From the NCBI GenBank assembly GCA_964607705.1, contig CAZSLI010000004.1:83953-147952 (forward strand): 64,000 nt of DNA, given 5' to 3'. The stretch is from an uncultured Eubacteriales bacterium (lineage in GTDB: Bacteria > Actinomycetota > Coriobacteriia > Anaerosomatales > PHET01). Positions within the stretch are counted from its first letter, which is position 1; the number at the start of each line of letters is the position of its first letter. The position numbers and the translations under genes are program-made. Below, one piece after another: positions 1-8,066 of the stretch. The notes below the pieces were generated by a model. The model did no database searches. It saw only the letters and a program-made list of their open reading frames with translations, and was not told where the DNA came from.

Positions 1-528
1 GGTCTCTCGTTGCGCGAGGTCGCGCGACGGGCGGACATCTCCCCCTCCGGCGTCTACAACCATTTCCGCAACAAAGACGAACTGGTAGTCGCCTTGGCGA
101 TGCAATCGGTAGCGACGCTGGCCGGCTACATGACAGCGGTCCCTGCCGGGCCCGCGCCCGAGCGCCTCATGAGTCTCGGCACGGCCTACGCCGCGTTCGC
201 CGACGAATGCCCGGCCGAATATCGGGTGATCTTCGACTGCCTGGCGAACCCTCCAAGGGAGTGGGCGTCCTACATCGAGGTCGCGCACCCCTTCTCGCTC
301 ATCGTCTCCACCTGCGCGCAGGGGCTGGACGATAAGTCGCTCGTCGATCGCGACGGGCTCGATGCGGGGGGCATGGCGTACGCGCTCTGGTGTCTCGTCG
401 ACGGCCACGTGCACCTCAGGTCCAAGCACCTTGCCGCCGTTGACGGACCGTATCCGCAAATGTTCGACAGCGCGATGAACGCCCTGATCGCCGGCTATCT
501 GCCTACAACGAAGAAAGGTCGCTCATGA
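1..528 (+). CDS. TetR/AcrR-family transcriptional regulator (5-prime end cut by window edge)
   Basis: The TetR_N helix-turn-helix signature LREVARRADISPSGVYNHFRNKDELV sits at the very start. The ORF is open to the window edge. Its stop overlaps the next start (ATGA at 525-528). Confidence 0.8.
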   Translation, partial: GLSLREVARRADISPSGVYNHFRNKDELVVALAMQSVATLAGYMTAVPAGPAPERLMSLGTAYAAFADECPAEYRVIFDCLANPPREWASYIEVAHPFSLIVSTCAQGLDDKSLVDRDGLDAGGMAYALWCLVDGHVHLRSKHLAAVDGPYPQMFDSAMNALIAGYLPTTKKGRS

Positions 529-1280
529 AGTCGACCCGTCAGACCACGCGCAGGTTCCTCATCGCCCTGTTCTTCCTGGCACTGCCGATCACGCTCAACT
601 ACTACTCCCCCTACCTGATGACGTCGGGAACGGCGGAGCGCGTGGCGACCTTCTCGCTCGTCTTCTGGCTTGCGGTATTCGCGAGCTCTCTCGTCCTCGG
701 CAGGTCGTTCTGCGGGTGGGCATGCCCGTTCAACGGGCTGCAGCAGCTGTGGGAGTCAGTGGGCGTTCGGCCACTCAAGCGGGTCCGCTTCCTACCGGTT
801 CTCAAGTACGCCTTCTGGGCCGCATGGGTCGCGGCCGTGTTCGGCATCGCGCTTTCGGTGGGCGGATGGACGCGGTTCGAGCCGCTCTACCTCACCGAGA
901 ACGGCGTCTCGGTCACCGAGGCAGGCAACCTCGTCACCTACTTCATGCTCGTCGGCCTGACCCTCGCCCCTGCTGCGCTCGGCCGCCGAGGATTCTGTCG
1001 TTACCTGTGCCCCTTCGGGGTCTGGGGCATCGTCGGCGAGTCGCTCGGCTCGATGGCGCGCATCCCTCGGCTGCGCCTGAAGGCGGATTCCTCGGCATGC
1101 ACATCGTGTGGATCGTGCAGCCGCGCGTGCCCGATGCAGTTGCCCGTCACCGAGATGGTGCAGGCGGAGCGGATGCGAGCGACGGAGTGCTTCATGTGCG
1201 AGACGTGCGTCGACACGTGCCCTCAGAAGGTGATCGCGCTCGGCTTCGGCACGCCGGGAGCGCGCTTCCCACGAGCATGA
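525..1280 (+). CDS. membrane-bound 4Fe-4S cluster protein (NapH/MauN-like polyferredoxin)
   Basis: The hydrophobic N-terminal two-thirds carries CxxxCP motifs (CGWACPF, CRYLCPFG). Two ferredoxin motifs follow (CTSCGSCSRACP, CFMCETCVDTCP). Confidence 0.7.
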   Translation: MKSTRQTTRRFLIALFFLALPITLNYYSPYLMTSGTAERVATFSLVFWLAVFASSLVLGRSFCGWACPFNGLQQLWESVGVRPLKRVRFLPVLKYAFWAAWVAAVFGIALSVGGWTRFEPLYLTENGVSVTEAGNLVTYFMLVGLTLAPAALGRRGFCRYLCPFGVWGIVGESLGSMARIPRLRLKADSSACTSCGSCSRACPMQLPVTEMVQAERMRATECFMCETCVDTCPQKVIALGFGTPGARFPRA

Positions 1281-1290
1281 CGCCGCTCGC

Positions 1291-1863
1291 TCACAGGGCG
1301 CCGGACATCTCGACAGTGGCGAGCTCGTAGCGGCCGGGGTACTCGGTGACCAGGCCGTCGGCGTCCACGGAGAATGTGCCCGACTGCTCGCCCGAGGTGT
1401 AGCGGTAGACGGTCTCGTCGACTCGCTCGTAACGCTGGTCGACGATGTCGAGTGCCAGCGTGGGATCGCTCACCAGTACTGCGCGGCTTTCTGACCGGCG
1501 ACCCTGCTCCAGCGCGAGGCGGTGCGTGGTGATCACGTCGGTGGACGGCGAGAACGTCAGGTGCAGGTCGGCGCACTGATCGAACTGGGGCGCGTCGACG
1601 CCCGCGATGAACCAGTGGCCGGAGTCCCGGCGCTCAAGGGCGAGGCTGTGCTCGTCGCTGCCAACCTGAGCGCCGATGACCGCGAGACGGATCTGCCATG
1701 CGGCGTCGCACTCGATCCGGTAGTGAAACAACATCCCCGATCCGTTGAAGGCGAGCGCCCCGACCCCCTCGACGACGCACACCTCCCCCTCGCACATGAA
1801 GATACAGCGCTCTTCGCCACGTTCGTCGAGCCGATGCCACATGATGTCCCTGTGCCAAGCCAT
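1291..1863 (-). CDS. putative glycolipid-binding domain protein (DUF1089-like)
   Basis: The C-terminal 190 aa of ORF 1291..2283 begin at an internal ATG (cat at 1861-1863), beyond which the ORF overlaps thrC. The W..L....GEE N-terminus, YRIECDAAW, DLHLTFSPSTDVITTHRL and GLVTEYPGRYEL resemble that family. Confidence 0.55.
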   Translation of the reverse strand: MAWHRDIMWHRLDERGEERCIFMCEGEVCVVEGVGALAFNGSGMLFHYRIECDAAWQIRLAVIGAQVGSDEHSLALERRDSGHWFIAGVDAPQFDQCADLHLTFSPSTDVITTHRLALEQGRRSESRAVLVSDPTLALDIVDQRYERVDETVYRYTSGEQSGTFSVDADGLVTEYPGRYELATVEMSGAL

Positions 1864-1937
1864 CTTCGCATCCCTTCTCGCAGCGTCTTGATGTTGTTCC
1901 CTGCTTTGCACGCGAGGCACCAGCTTCGACGCTCGGG

Positions 1938-1943
1938 TAGAAT
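1938..1943 (+). promoter_or_regulatory. candidate -10 box TAGAAT for thrC (leaderless transcript)
   Basis: TAGAAT ends 7 nt before the thrC ATG at 1951. No SD sequence lies in between. Confidence 0.4.
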
Positions 1944-1950
1944 GCCGAGC

Positions 1951-3501
1951 ATGAGGATCACCACCACCTACCACGACACCCGCGGACTCATGGGAGACGG
2001 CCGTCCGGCGTTCACGGACGTGGTCGTGAAAGGCATCGCCCCCGGCGGCGGTCTGTTCGTGCCCGACGCGCTGCCGAACTTCTCGCTCGAGGAGATCGTT
2101 GCGTTCGCCGACATGCCGTACTGGCGACGCGCCGCAGCGGTGTTCACGCGCTTTCGCGTCGACCTGCCCTCGGAGCGCGTGGATACGCTGATGCAGAAGG
2201 CCTACGGCGAGCAGTGGGACGACCCGCGTATCGCGCCGGTGGTCGAAGTGCGTCCGGACATACACATCCTCGAGCTGTGGCATGGACCGACTCAGGCCTT
2301 CAAGGACATGGCTCTGCAGTGCATGCCGGTCTTCTTCAGTGAGGCCGTGGCGCGCAAGCAGGAGCGCGGGGAACTTTCAGACGACTACCTGATCCTGGTG
2401 GCCACTTCCGGTGACACCGGGAAAGCAGCGCTTGAGGGATTCGCGGACCGCGAGCACACCTCGATCGTCGTGTTCTATCCCGCCGACGGCGTCTCCGACA
2501 TCCAGCGCAAGCAGATGGTGACGCAGCATGGCGAGAACGTGGGCGTCTTCGGCGTGCGCGGGAACTTCGACGACTGCCAGAGTGCGGTCAAGCAGGCGTT
2601 CGCCGACGAGGAGTTCAACTCCGCGCTCAAGGACGAGCGAGGTCTTCGCCTGTCGAGCGCCAACTCCATCAACTGGGGCCGCCTGCTGCCGCAGATCGTC
2701 TACTACGTGAGTGCGTACGCGGACATGGTGGCAAGCGGCGGCGTGAAGGCCGGCGACGTCATGGACGTCTGCGTGCCCACAGGCAACTTCGGAAACATCC
2801 TCGGCGCGTACTATGCGCGTCAGATGGGCGTGCCCATCGGCCGCCTTGTCTGCGCGAGCAACGAGAACAAGGTGCTCGCCGACTTCATCGCGACGGGCGT
2901 CTACGACATCAGCGGCCGCGACTTCGTGACCACACCCTCCCCCTCGATGGACATCCTCATCTCGAGCAACCTCGAGCGCCTGCTCTACCACCTCTCCGGC
3001 GCCGAGCAGGTGCGCGAGTGGATGAACGAGCTCGCCGAGAAGAAGCGCTTCCAGGTGGATCCCGACACATTCAAAGCGATGCGCGCGCTGTTCATCGGCG
3101 ACTTCGTCACGAATGAAGAGTCGCTGGAGACCGTCAAGCGCGTGTACGACGAGACCGGCTACCTGCTCGACCCTCACACGGCGGTCGCCTGGGAGGTCGC
3201 CGAGCGCACGTTCGACGACGCGCCGATGCTCGTGGTGTCGACCGCCCATTGGGCGAAGTTCGGCGGCGACGTGCTGCGCGCGCTGCTGGGCATCGGCTGC
3301 GACTCGCCGCTTCCGGCCGACTACGACGGACTGACCGGCGTCGAGCTCCTCGGCAAGGTGCAGGAGATCGCCGGCGAGACGTGCGCTTGCGTCCCGGCGG
3401 CGCTGGCAGGGCTCGACGATGCGGAGGAGCGGTTCGATGCGGTCGTGGATTCCGGACGAGACAGCGTCGAGAGCGCCGTCATGGAATGGCTGGGCCGGTA
3501 G
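1951..3501 (+). CDS. thrC: threonine synthase
   Basis: The true start MRITTTYHDTRG lies inside ORF 1522..3501. HGPTQAFKDMALQ carries the PLP-lysine motif. It is a long-form ThrC with full-length similarity. Confidence 0.9.
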   Translation: MRITTTYHDTRGLMGDGRPAFTDVVVKGIAPGGGLFVPDALPNFSLEEIVAFADMPYWRRAAAVFTRFRVDLPSERVDTLMQKAYGEQWDDPRIAPVVEVRPDIHILELWHGPTQAFKDMALQCMPVFFSEAVARKQERGELSDDYLILVATSGDTGKAALEGFADREHTSIVVFYPADGVSDIQRKQMVTQHGENVGVFGVRGNFDDCQSAVKQAFADEEFNSALKDERGLRLSSANSINWGRLLPQIVYYVSAYADMVASGGVKAGDVMDVCVPTGNFGNILGAYYARQMGVPIGRLVCASNENKVLADFIATGVYDISGRDFVTTPSPSMDILISSNLERLLYHLSGAEQVREWMNELAEKKRFQVDPDTFKAMRALFIGDFVTNEESLETVKRVYDETGYLLDPHTAVAWEVAERTFDDAPMLVVSTAHWAKFGGDVLRALLGIGCDSPLPADYDGLTGVELLGKVQEIAGETCACVPAALAGLDDAEERFDAVVDSGRDSVESAVMEWLGR

Positions 3502-3502
3502 C

Positions 3503-4381
3503 GTGACGAACCGGGGGGCGCGCCTGGCGAACTGCCTGCTGGCTGCGCTCCTGGCGATGACGATCGGCCTCCTGCTCATCGGCTGCGTGCCTGTTGCCGA
3601 GACGGCGCAGGTCCCACAGACTGCCACGCCGGAGACTTCGACCGCTGCTCCGGCACCTGCGGATGTGCCCGCCCCCACCCCCGCTCCCGCGCCCGCCCCC
3701 ACCCCCGCTCCCGCGCCCGAGCCGGCCACCTCCGCGCCGACGGTGACACCTGCGACGGTGTTGCGGGTGGTCGATGGCGACACCGCGGTGTTCGCGCTGT
3801 CGGGTGGCGGCACGGAGAAGGTGCGGTTCATCGGCATCGATACGCCTGAGTCGACCACGCGGATCGAGCCATACGGGAAGGCGGCCGCGGCGTACACGCG
3901 CAAGGCGCTCCCAGTGGGTCGCAAGGTCTTCCTCGAGCGTGATGCCGAGGAGCGCGACCGTTACGGTCGGCTCCTCGCTTACGTGTGGCTCTCGAAGCCG
4001 GTCTCCGAGGACGCGTCCGAGGTGCGGGCGAAGATGCTCGATGCGCGCTTGGCGCTCGACGGCTACGCCCAGCAGATGACGATCGCACCCAACGTCAAGT
4101 ACGCGGACGTGTTCCGGCGCTGCGTCGCCGAGGCGCGCGAGGCCGGACGAGGGCTGTGGGCCGATGACGGCGAGGCAGCGCCGGCGGTCGCTGCCCCCGC
4201 GGCGGGAAGCGGGTCCTCGGCAGGTAGTGGGGCATACGTCGGCAACCGCAACACGATGAAGTTCCACCTCGCGTCATGCAGCTCCGTGGGGGACATGAAC
4301 CCTGCTAACAAGGTGCCGATGAGCACACGCGCCGAGGCCGTGGCCGCCGGCCACGTCCCTTGTAAGCGCTGCAATCCGTAG
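3503..4381 (+). CDS. secreted lipoprotein thermonuclease (SNase fold) with C-terminal Ada-type zinc-binding domain
   Basis: A GTG at 3503 gives a signal peptide with lipobox LLIGC. A Pro/Ala linker follows, then the SNase core (VVDGDTAV..VRFIGIDTPE..YGRLLAYVW). The C-terminus KFHLASCSSV..GHVPCKRCNP resembles the Ada metal-binding domain. Confidence 0.75.
   Translation: MTNRGARLANCLLAALLAMTIGLLLIGCVPVAETAQVPQTATPETSTAAPAPADVPAPTPAPAPAPTPAPAPEPATSAPTVTPATVLRVVDGDTAVFALSGGGTEKVRFIGIDTPESTTRIEPYGKAAAAYTRKALPVGRKVFLERDAEERDRYGRLLAYVWLSKPVSEDASEVRAKMLDARLALDGYAQQMTIAPNVKYADVFRRCVAEAREAGRGLWADDGEAAPAVAAPAAGSGSSAGSGAYVGNRNTMKFHLASCSSVGDMNPANKVPMSTRAEAVAAGHVPCKRCNP
3668..3715 (+). repeat. perfect 24-bp tandem duplication inside the nuclease linker
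   Basis: cccgcccccacccccgctcccgcg occurs twice back to back (3668-3691 and 3692-3715). It is in frame and encodes PAPTPAPA twice. Confidence 0.9.
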
Positions 4382-4433
4382 GCCCTTCGCTGGGCATCCA
4401 TATCCGTCTGACCTCGAACCGTCGGGAGCCGTC

Positions 4434-4877
4434 ATGAACAAGGAACTCCTCGCCTCCGAGATAACCGCCGCGCTGCGCGCAGGCGACAAGCCGCGCCTGT
4501 CCATCCTGCGGCAGGTGAAGAATGAGATCGACACGAAGGAGAAGGCGACCGGCGAGGCCGTGAGCGACGAAGAGGTGGTCGGCGCTCTGAAGAAGGTGCT
4601 CAAGCAGACCGGTGAGACGCTCGAGGGGTCGATCAAGGCCGCGAACAATCCCGAGCGCACCGAGCTGCTGCAGCTGCAAGTCACCGTCCTCGAGGGATAT
4701 CTCCCGCAGCAGGTCAGTGGCGACGAGCTTCTCGCGCTGGTGGACCGCATACTCGGCGAGTCGGGGTACTCGGAGAAACGCGACATGGGCAAGGCGATCG
4801 GCGCGGTCGTCTCGGCAACCGGCGGCAACGTCGACAAAGCCGAGGTCGCCAAGCTGGTCGGCGGCAGGCTCTCCTAG
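4434..4877 (+). CDS. GatB/YqeY domain-containing protein
   Basis: Full-length YqeY-like pattern (RLSILRQVKNEI..EEVVGALKK..LQVTVLEGYLPQQ..DMGKAIGAV). The SD GGGAG lies 6 nt upstream. Confidence 0.85.
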   Translation: MNKELLASEITAALRAGDKPRLSILRQVKNEIDTKEKATGEAVSDEEVVGALKKVLKQTGETLEGSIKAANNPERTELLQLQVTVLEGYLPQQVSGDELLALVDRILGESGYSEKRDMGKAIGAVVSATGGNVDKAEVAKLVGGRLS

Positions 4878-5986
4878 GCTCTCATCCCGAAGAGCACGCG
4901 CAGCGGCTTGGCGCGTCTGACCAGGTCGTACAGGGCGAACGTCCCGATGGCGCCGAGGACCATCAACAGCGGCCAGCCGAGGAACGGCGCCTGCACGTAC
5001 TGCACCAGATAGAAGCCGATCACGACGATCACCGTCTGGTGGAGGATGTAGAGCGGGTAGCTCGCCTCGCCGAGGTACGCGAGCGCCGCCGATGGACGGT
5101 CGAGCGCACGACGTCCGTAGCCGATGAGTGCGACCACCATCAGCCAGCCCGCCGACAGCGCCGCATACGTCCAAATGGCCCGCGGAAGCGAGGGGTCGGG
5201 CATCCCGGCCTCGATCCGCCACAGGAGCGGCAAGACCAAGCAGAGTAGCCCACCGATCAGCAGCGCGGGGAGCCGCCGGCGCTCGGCGTTCTCGGCGAAC
5301 CGGTCGCTCCGGAAGAGCAGGTAGCCGAGCACGAAGTACACGAGGTAGAAGACCAGGTTCTTGCCGCCGATCTCGGGCATCGCCTCGGCAACCATGATGA
5401 TCAGGATGACCAGCGGCCACCACACCGGTTTGGCGAGCGCAGCGCCGATCGAGTCGAGCCGTGACGCGCCGCGCTCGCTGCGAGCGTAAGCCAGCAGGGG
5501 CAGGCAGATCATCGAGATCAACCACAGGAACAGAATGAACCAGAGGTGCGCTGGTGAGATGCCACCGTAGTAGTCGCCGCGGCCGAACAAGTTGTCGAGG
5601 CTCCACGCCGGACCCTGAAGGTACTCGACGAACGAGCCTGTGTAGCCGGCATTCGTCCGGGCCCCGTACCACGTCTGCGGCGGCACCAGCACGAATATGC
5701 CGAAGACCAGCGGCACCAGCAGGCGCAGGGCCCGCTCCCCTGCGTAGCGGCCGACGCTCCGTCGCCGCATCGCGAACAGCGTCGAGGCGCCGGCGAGGAA
5801 GAAGAGCAGCGGCATGTGCCACGGCTCGACCAGCGAGAGCAGATAGTCGATGGGCACGGAGGTGACCGGCGACTTCGCGTAGAAGAGCTCGTTGGCGTTG
5901 AAGACCCGGCCCGAGTGGTACGGGAACAGCAGCAGGACCGCCAGCACTCGAAGCCAGTCGATGTAGTGGATCCTACGGCTCTCCAT
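4874..5986 (-). CDS. acyltransferase family 3 (OafA/YrhL-type) integral membrane protein
   Basis: The N-terminus RIHYIDWLRVLAVLLLFPYH is typical of Acyl_transf_3, and the protein is polytopic and hydrophobic. Its stop overlaps the convergent yqeY-like stop (CTAG at 4874-4877). Confidence 0.8.
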   Translation of the reverse strand: MESRRIHYIDWLRVLAVLLLFPYHSGRVFNANELFYAKSPVTSVPIDYLLSLVEPWHMPLLFFLAGASTLFAMRRRSVGRYAGERALRLLVPLVFGIFVLVPPQTWYGARTNAGYTGSFVEYLQGPAWSLDNLFGRGDYYGGISPAHLWFILFLWLISMICLPLLAYARSERGASRLDSIGAALAKPVWWPLVILIIMVAEAMPEIGGKNLVFYLVYFVLGYLLFRSDRFAENAERRRLPALLIGGLLCLVLPLLWRIEAGMPDPSLPRAIWTYAALSAGWLMVVALIGYGRRALDRPSAALAYLGEASYPLYILHQTVIVVIGFYLVQYVQAPFLGWPLLMVLGAIGTFALYDLVRRAKPLRVLFGMRA

Positions 5987-6025
5987 GTGCCTTCCCCCAG
6001 TCAGGCGTCCTGTTTGGGGAGTCTA

Positions 6026-6712
6026 CTACGATGCGGAGGCGACGATGCCGCAGACGAGTCCGAAGCCGAACGTACGCCGGCGCACGACGCGGAGGCCCGC
6101 CTCCTCCACGCAGCGCTCCAAGTCTCGTGCGGTCCCGACCGCCTTGGTCGAGTCGCGGAGGTAGTCGTACAGTTCCGGCCCCTTGCCGAGGCGGGCGCCC
6201 AGCCACGGCAGGATGCGGAAGAAGTAGAACCCCGCAGGCGAATTCAGTAGCCCCGGCGAGGGGGTACAGAACTCCAGCAGCACCAGCCGCCCGCCCGGTT
6301 CCATCCGGTTGGCCAGCGACCGAAGAAGAGCGACCTTGTCGTCCACGTAGCGGAGGCCGAACGAGATGCTCACCGCCTCAAACGGGCCGCAGGGTTCGGC
6401 GGTGGGGTCGGTCAGGTCGGTCACGACTACGTGCAGGTCGACTCCCGCCTCCTCGGCGCGCACCTGTGCCCGGGCCAGCATGCCGGGCGAGGCGTCGGCG
6501 GCCGTCACGAAGGCGCCGCGCAGCGCCTCTTCGACGGCCACCTCACCGGTGCCTGCCATGGCATCGAGTACCCGCATGCCGACGTCTGGGGCGGCCTCCT
6601 CGGCGACCCATCGGCGCCAGCTGCGGTCGAGGCCGGCGCTGAGGATGCGATTCACCGGGTCGTAGGACTCGGCATTGAGGTCGAACAGGCGCCGCGCCTC
6701 GGCAGCCTTCAC
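6026..6712 (-). CDS. UbiE/MenG-type class I SAM-dependent methyltransferase
   Basis: YDPVNRILSAGLDRSWRRW is UbiE-like, followed by SAM motif I VLDAMAGTGEV. I chose the GTG start at 6712 because it forms a GTGA overlap with the upstream UbiA-family stop. Confidence 0.75.
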   Translation of the reverse strand: MKAAEARRLFDLNAESYDPVNRILSAGLDRSWRRWVAEEAAPDVGMRVLDAMAGTGEVAVEEALRGAFVTAADASPGMLARAQVRAEEAGVDLHVVVTDLTDPTAEPCGPFEAVSISFGLRYVDDKVALLRSLANRMEPGGRLVLLEFCTPSPGLLNSPAGFYFFRILPWLGARLGKGPELYDYLRDSTKAVGTARDLERCVEEAGLRVVRRRTFGFGLVCGIVASAS

Positions 6713-7608
6713 GGCGACCCCCCGATGAGGCAGGCCGCGAGCACGATGGCGAACACCACGGCGGGCAGAAGGCTGGCCCGGTTGAAGTAGGCGCCCGCCT
6801 GAGCCGGCGTCGGGATTCTTAGGAGCCGCCACGAGGGCCGCAGCATCAGCACCATGCCCACCGCCATCGAGGCGAACACGTCGGCAAGCGAAAGATGGAG
6901 CGCCGGGATCAGCGCGAACGTGAGCGTCGACCCGGCAAAGACGGCACGGCTGGCGGTCTTGGGGCCGAAGGTCGTCGCGACCGTCGCGAGCCCCACCGCC
7001 GAGTCGGCCCGCACGTCAGCGAGGTCGTTGGGGAGGTTGCGGCCGGCGATCTCCCACGCGCATAGGAAGCCGAAGAATCCCGCGGCAAGCCAGGTCAACT
7101 TGCCGACAGCCACCCAACCTGCGAGCCCGCCGATGCCCACCATCAGCCCCGAGATGAATGTCTTGGTCCACGTGCGCTTGCGGAGCGCGCAGTATGCGGC
7201 CTCGAGCGCCACGCTCGCGCCGAAGAGCGCGACGCACAAGGGATTCAAAAGCCATCCCGCCACCAAGGCGACCGTGACCAGTGCCCCGACCCAGATCAGT
7301 GCGGCCCTGCGACGCAGCACCCCCGCGGCGAGAGGATGCCTCAAGAACCCGGTATCCAGGTCGAAGCCCTCGTAGTCGCCCTTGCCCGCCTGAAGTGCCT
7401 CAGAGTCACTCCCCTGGTCGAACACGTCGTTGAGCGAGAAGACGGCGAGATAACCGGAGGCCGCGGCGACGAGGCCGAGCGAGACGGTACGCACCGGAGG
7501 GATGCCACGCTGAGCGAGAAGAGCGCCCAGCCCCGGCTGCGCTATCGAAAGCAGCGCTTGCCGCGTGCGGGAAAGGTCGAAAAGGCCCCGCGCCATCGTT
7601 GCGTCCAT
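6709..7608 (-). CDS. UbiA-superfamily aromatic prenyltransferase (divergent)
   Basis: The start is MDATMARG (cat at 7606-7608). The first Asp-rich motif is NDVFDQGSD and the second is NDLADVRAD, in a polytopic membrane protein. Confidence 0.75.
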   Translation of the reverse strand: MDATMARGLFDLSRTRQALLSIAQPGLGALLAQRGIPPVRTVSLGLVAAASGYLAVFSLNDVFDQGSDSEALQAGKGDYEGFDLDTGFLRHPLAAGVLRRRAALIWVGALVTVALVAGWLLNPLCVALFGASVALEAAYCALRKRTWTKTFISGLMVGIGGLAGWVAVGKLTWLAAGFFGFLCAWEIAGRNLPNDLADVRADSAVGLATVATTFGPKTASRAVFAGSTLTFALIPALHLSLADVFASMAVGMVLMLRPSWRLLRIPTPAQAGAYFNRASLLPAVVFAIVLAACLIGGSP

Positions 7609-7619
7609 GTGCGTGCCCC

Positions 7620-8012
7620 ATGCGATTCGAGAGTGCCGCGAGGCCTCGAGCCACGTCGCGGCTGTCTCCCAATAGTCCCCATCGGACCGCAGACACCAAA
7701 CCTGCCGAAGACCTCGCCAGCGGGCACAATCCGCTAGACTGGCACGACCCCGACCCGGACGGAACCGCCCCAGTGGCCGATGACGACAAAGAGACCCTGC
7801 AGCGCTTCGTGGATTCGCTCTTCCGCGATGCGAAGCACGCAAGCCGGCTCGATGCGATCCTGAGGGCCGAGGCGCTCGACGTTCCCGAGGAGCTCCGCGG
7901 CATCATCGAGTTACTCCCGCCCGGGCACTTCACGAGGCAGAGACTCTGCGACCAGCTGAACTCGGCATTGAAAGGCCACGGCTGGAACAGCCAGTACGGA
8001 ACCGTCGAGTAG
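7620..8012 (+). CDS. hypothetical protein (start uncertain; possible GTG at 7773)
   Basis: An ORF divergent from the UbiA gene. The N-terminal half looks disordered. The C-terminal 80 aa are helical (ETLQRFVDSLF..LDVPEELRGIIELLPPGHF). I recognised no confident family. Confidence 0.35.
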   Translation: MRFESAARPRATSRLSPNSPHRTADTKPAEDLASGHNPLDWHDPDPDGTAPVADDDKETLQRFVDSLFRDAKHASRLDAILRAEALDVPEELRGIIELLPPGHFTRQRLCDQLNSALKGHGWNSQYGTVE

Positions 8013-8066
8013 CCGCCGAGTGCGCCGGCTTCGCGGCCGGCTCGATCGCCGCGGGCGCAGGCGAAA

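Noticed and set aside
1291-2283. N-terminally extended ORF-track models (for example 1291-2283, 36015-36482, 38180-39133, 59629-60606, 58790-59821, 6709-7842)
   Set aside because: The extensions are Arg/Pro-rich, overlap neighbouring genes and lack homology. Internal starts with SD sequences or ATGA/GTGA overlaps reproduce the canonical N-termini.
2377-3924. 515-aa minus-strand ORF opposite thrC and the nuclease gene
   Set aside because: It is a shadow ORF typical of GC-rich DNA. The translation is Arg/Ala/Gly/Val-rich low complexity with no recognisable domain, and the opposite strand encodes well-supported proteins.
4305-5822. 505-aa minus-strand ORF in another frame of the acyltransferase gene
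   Set aside because: The alternative frame (4874-5986) gives a coherent Acyl_transf_3 membrane protein. This frame gives an Arg/Pro-rich sequence and would run through the convergent yqeY-like gene.
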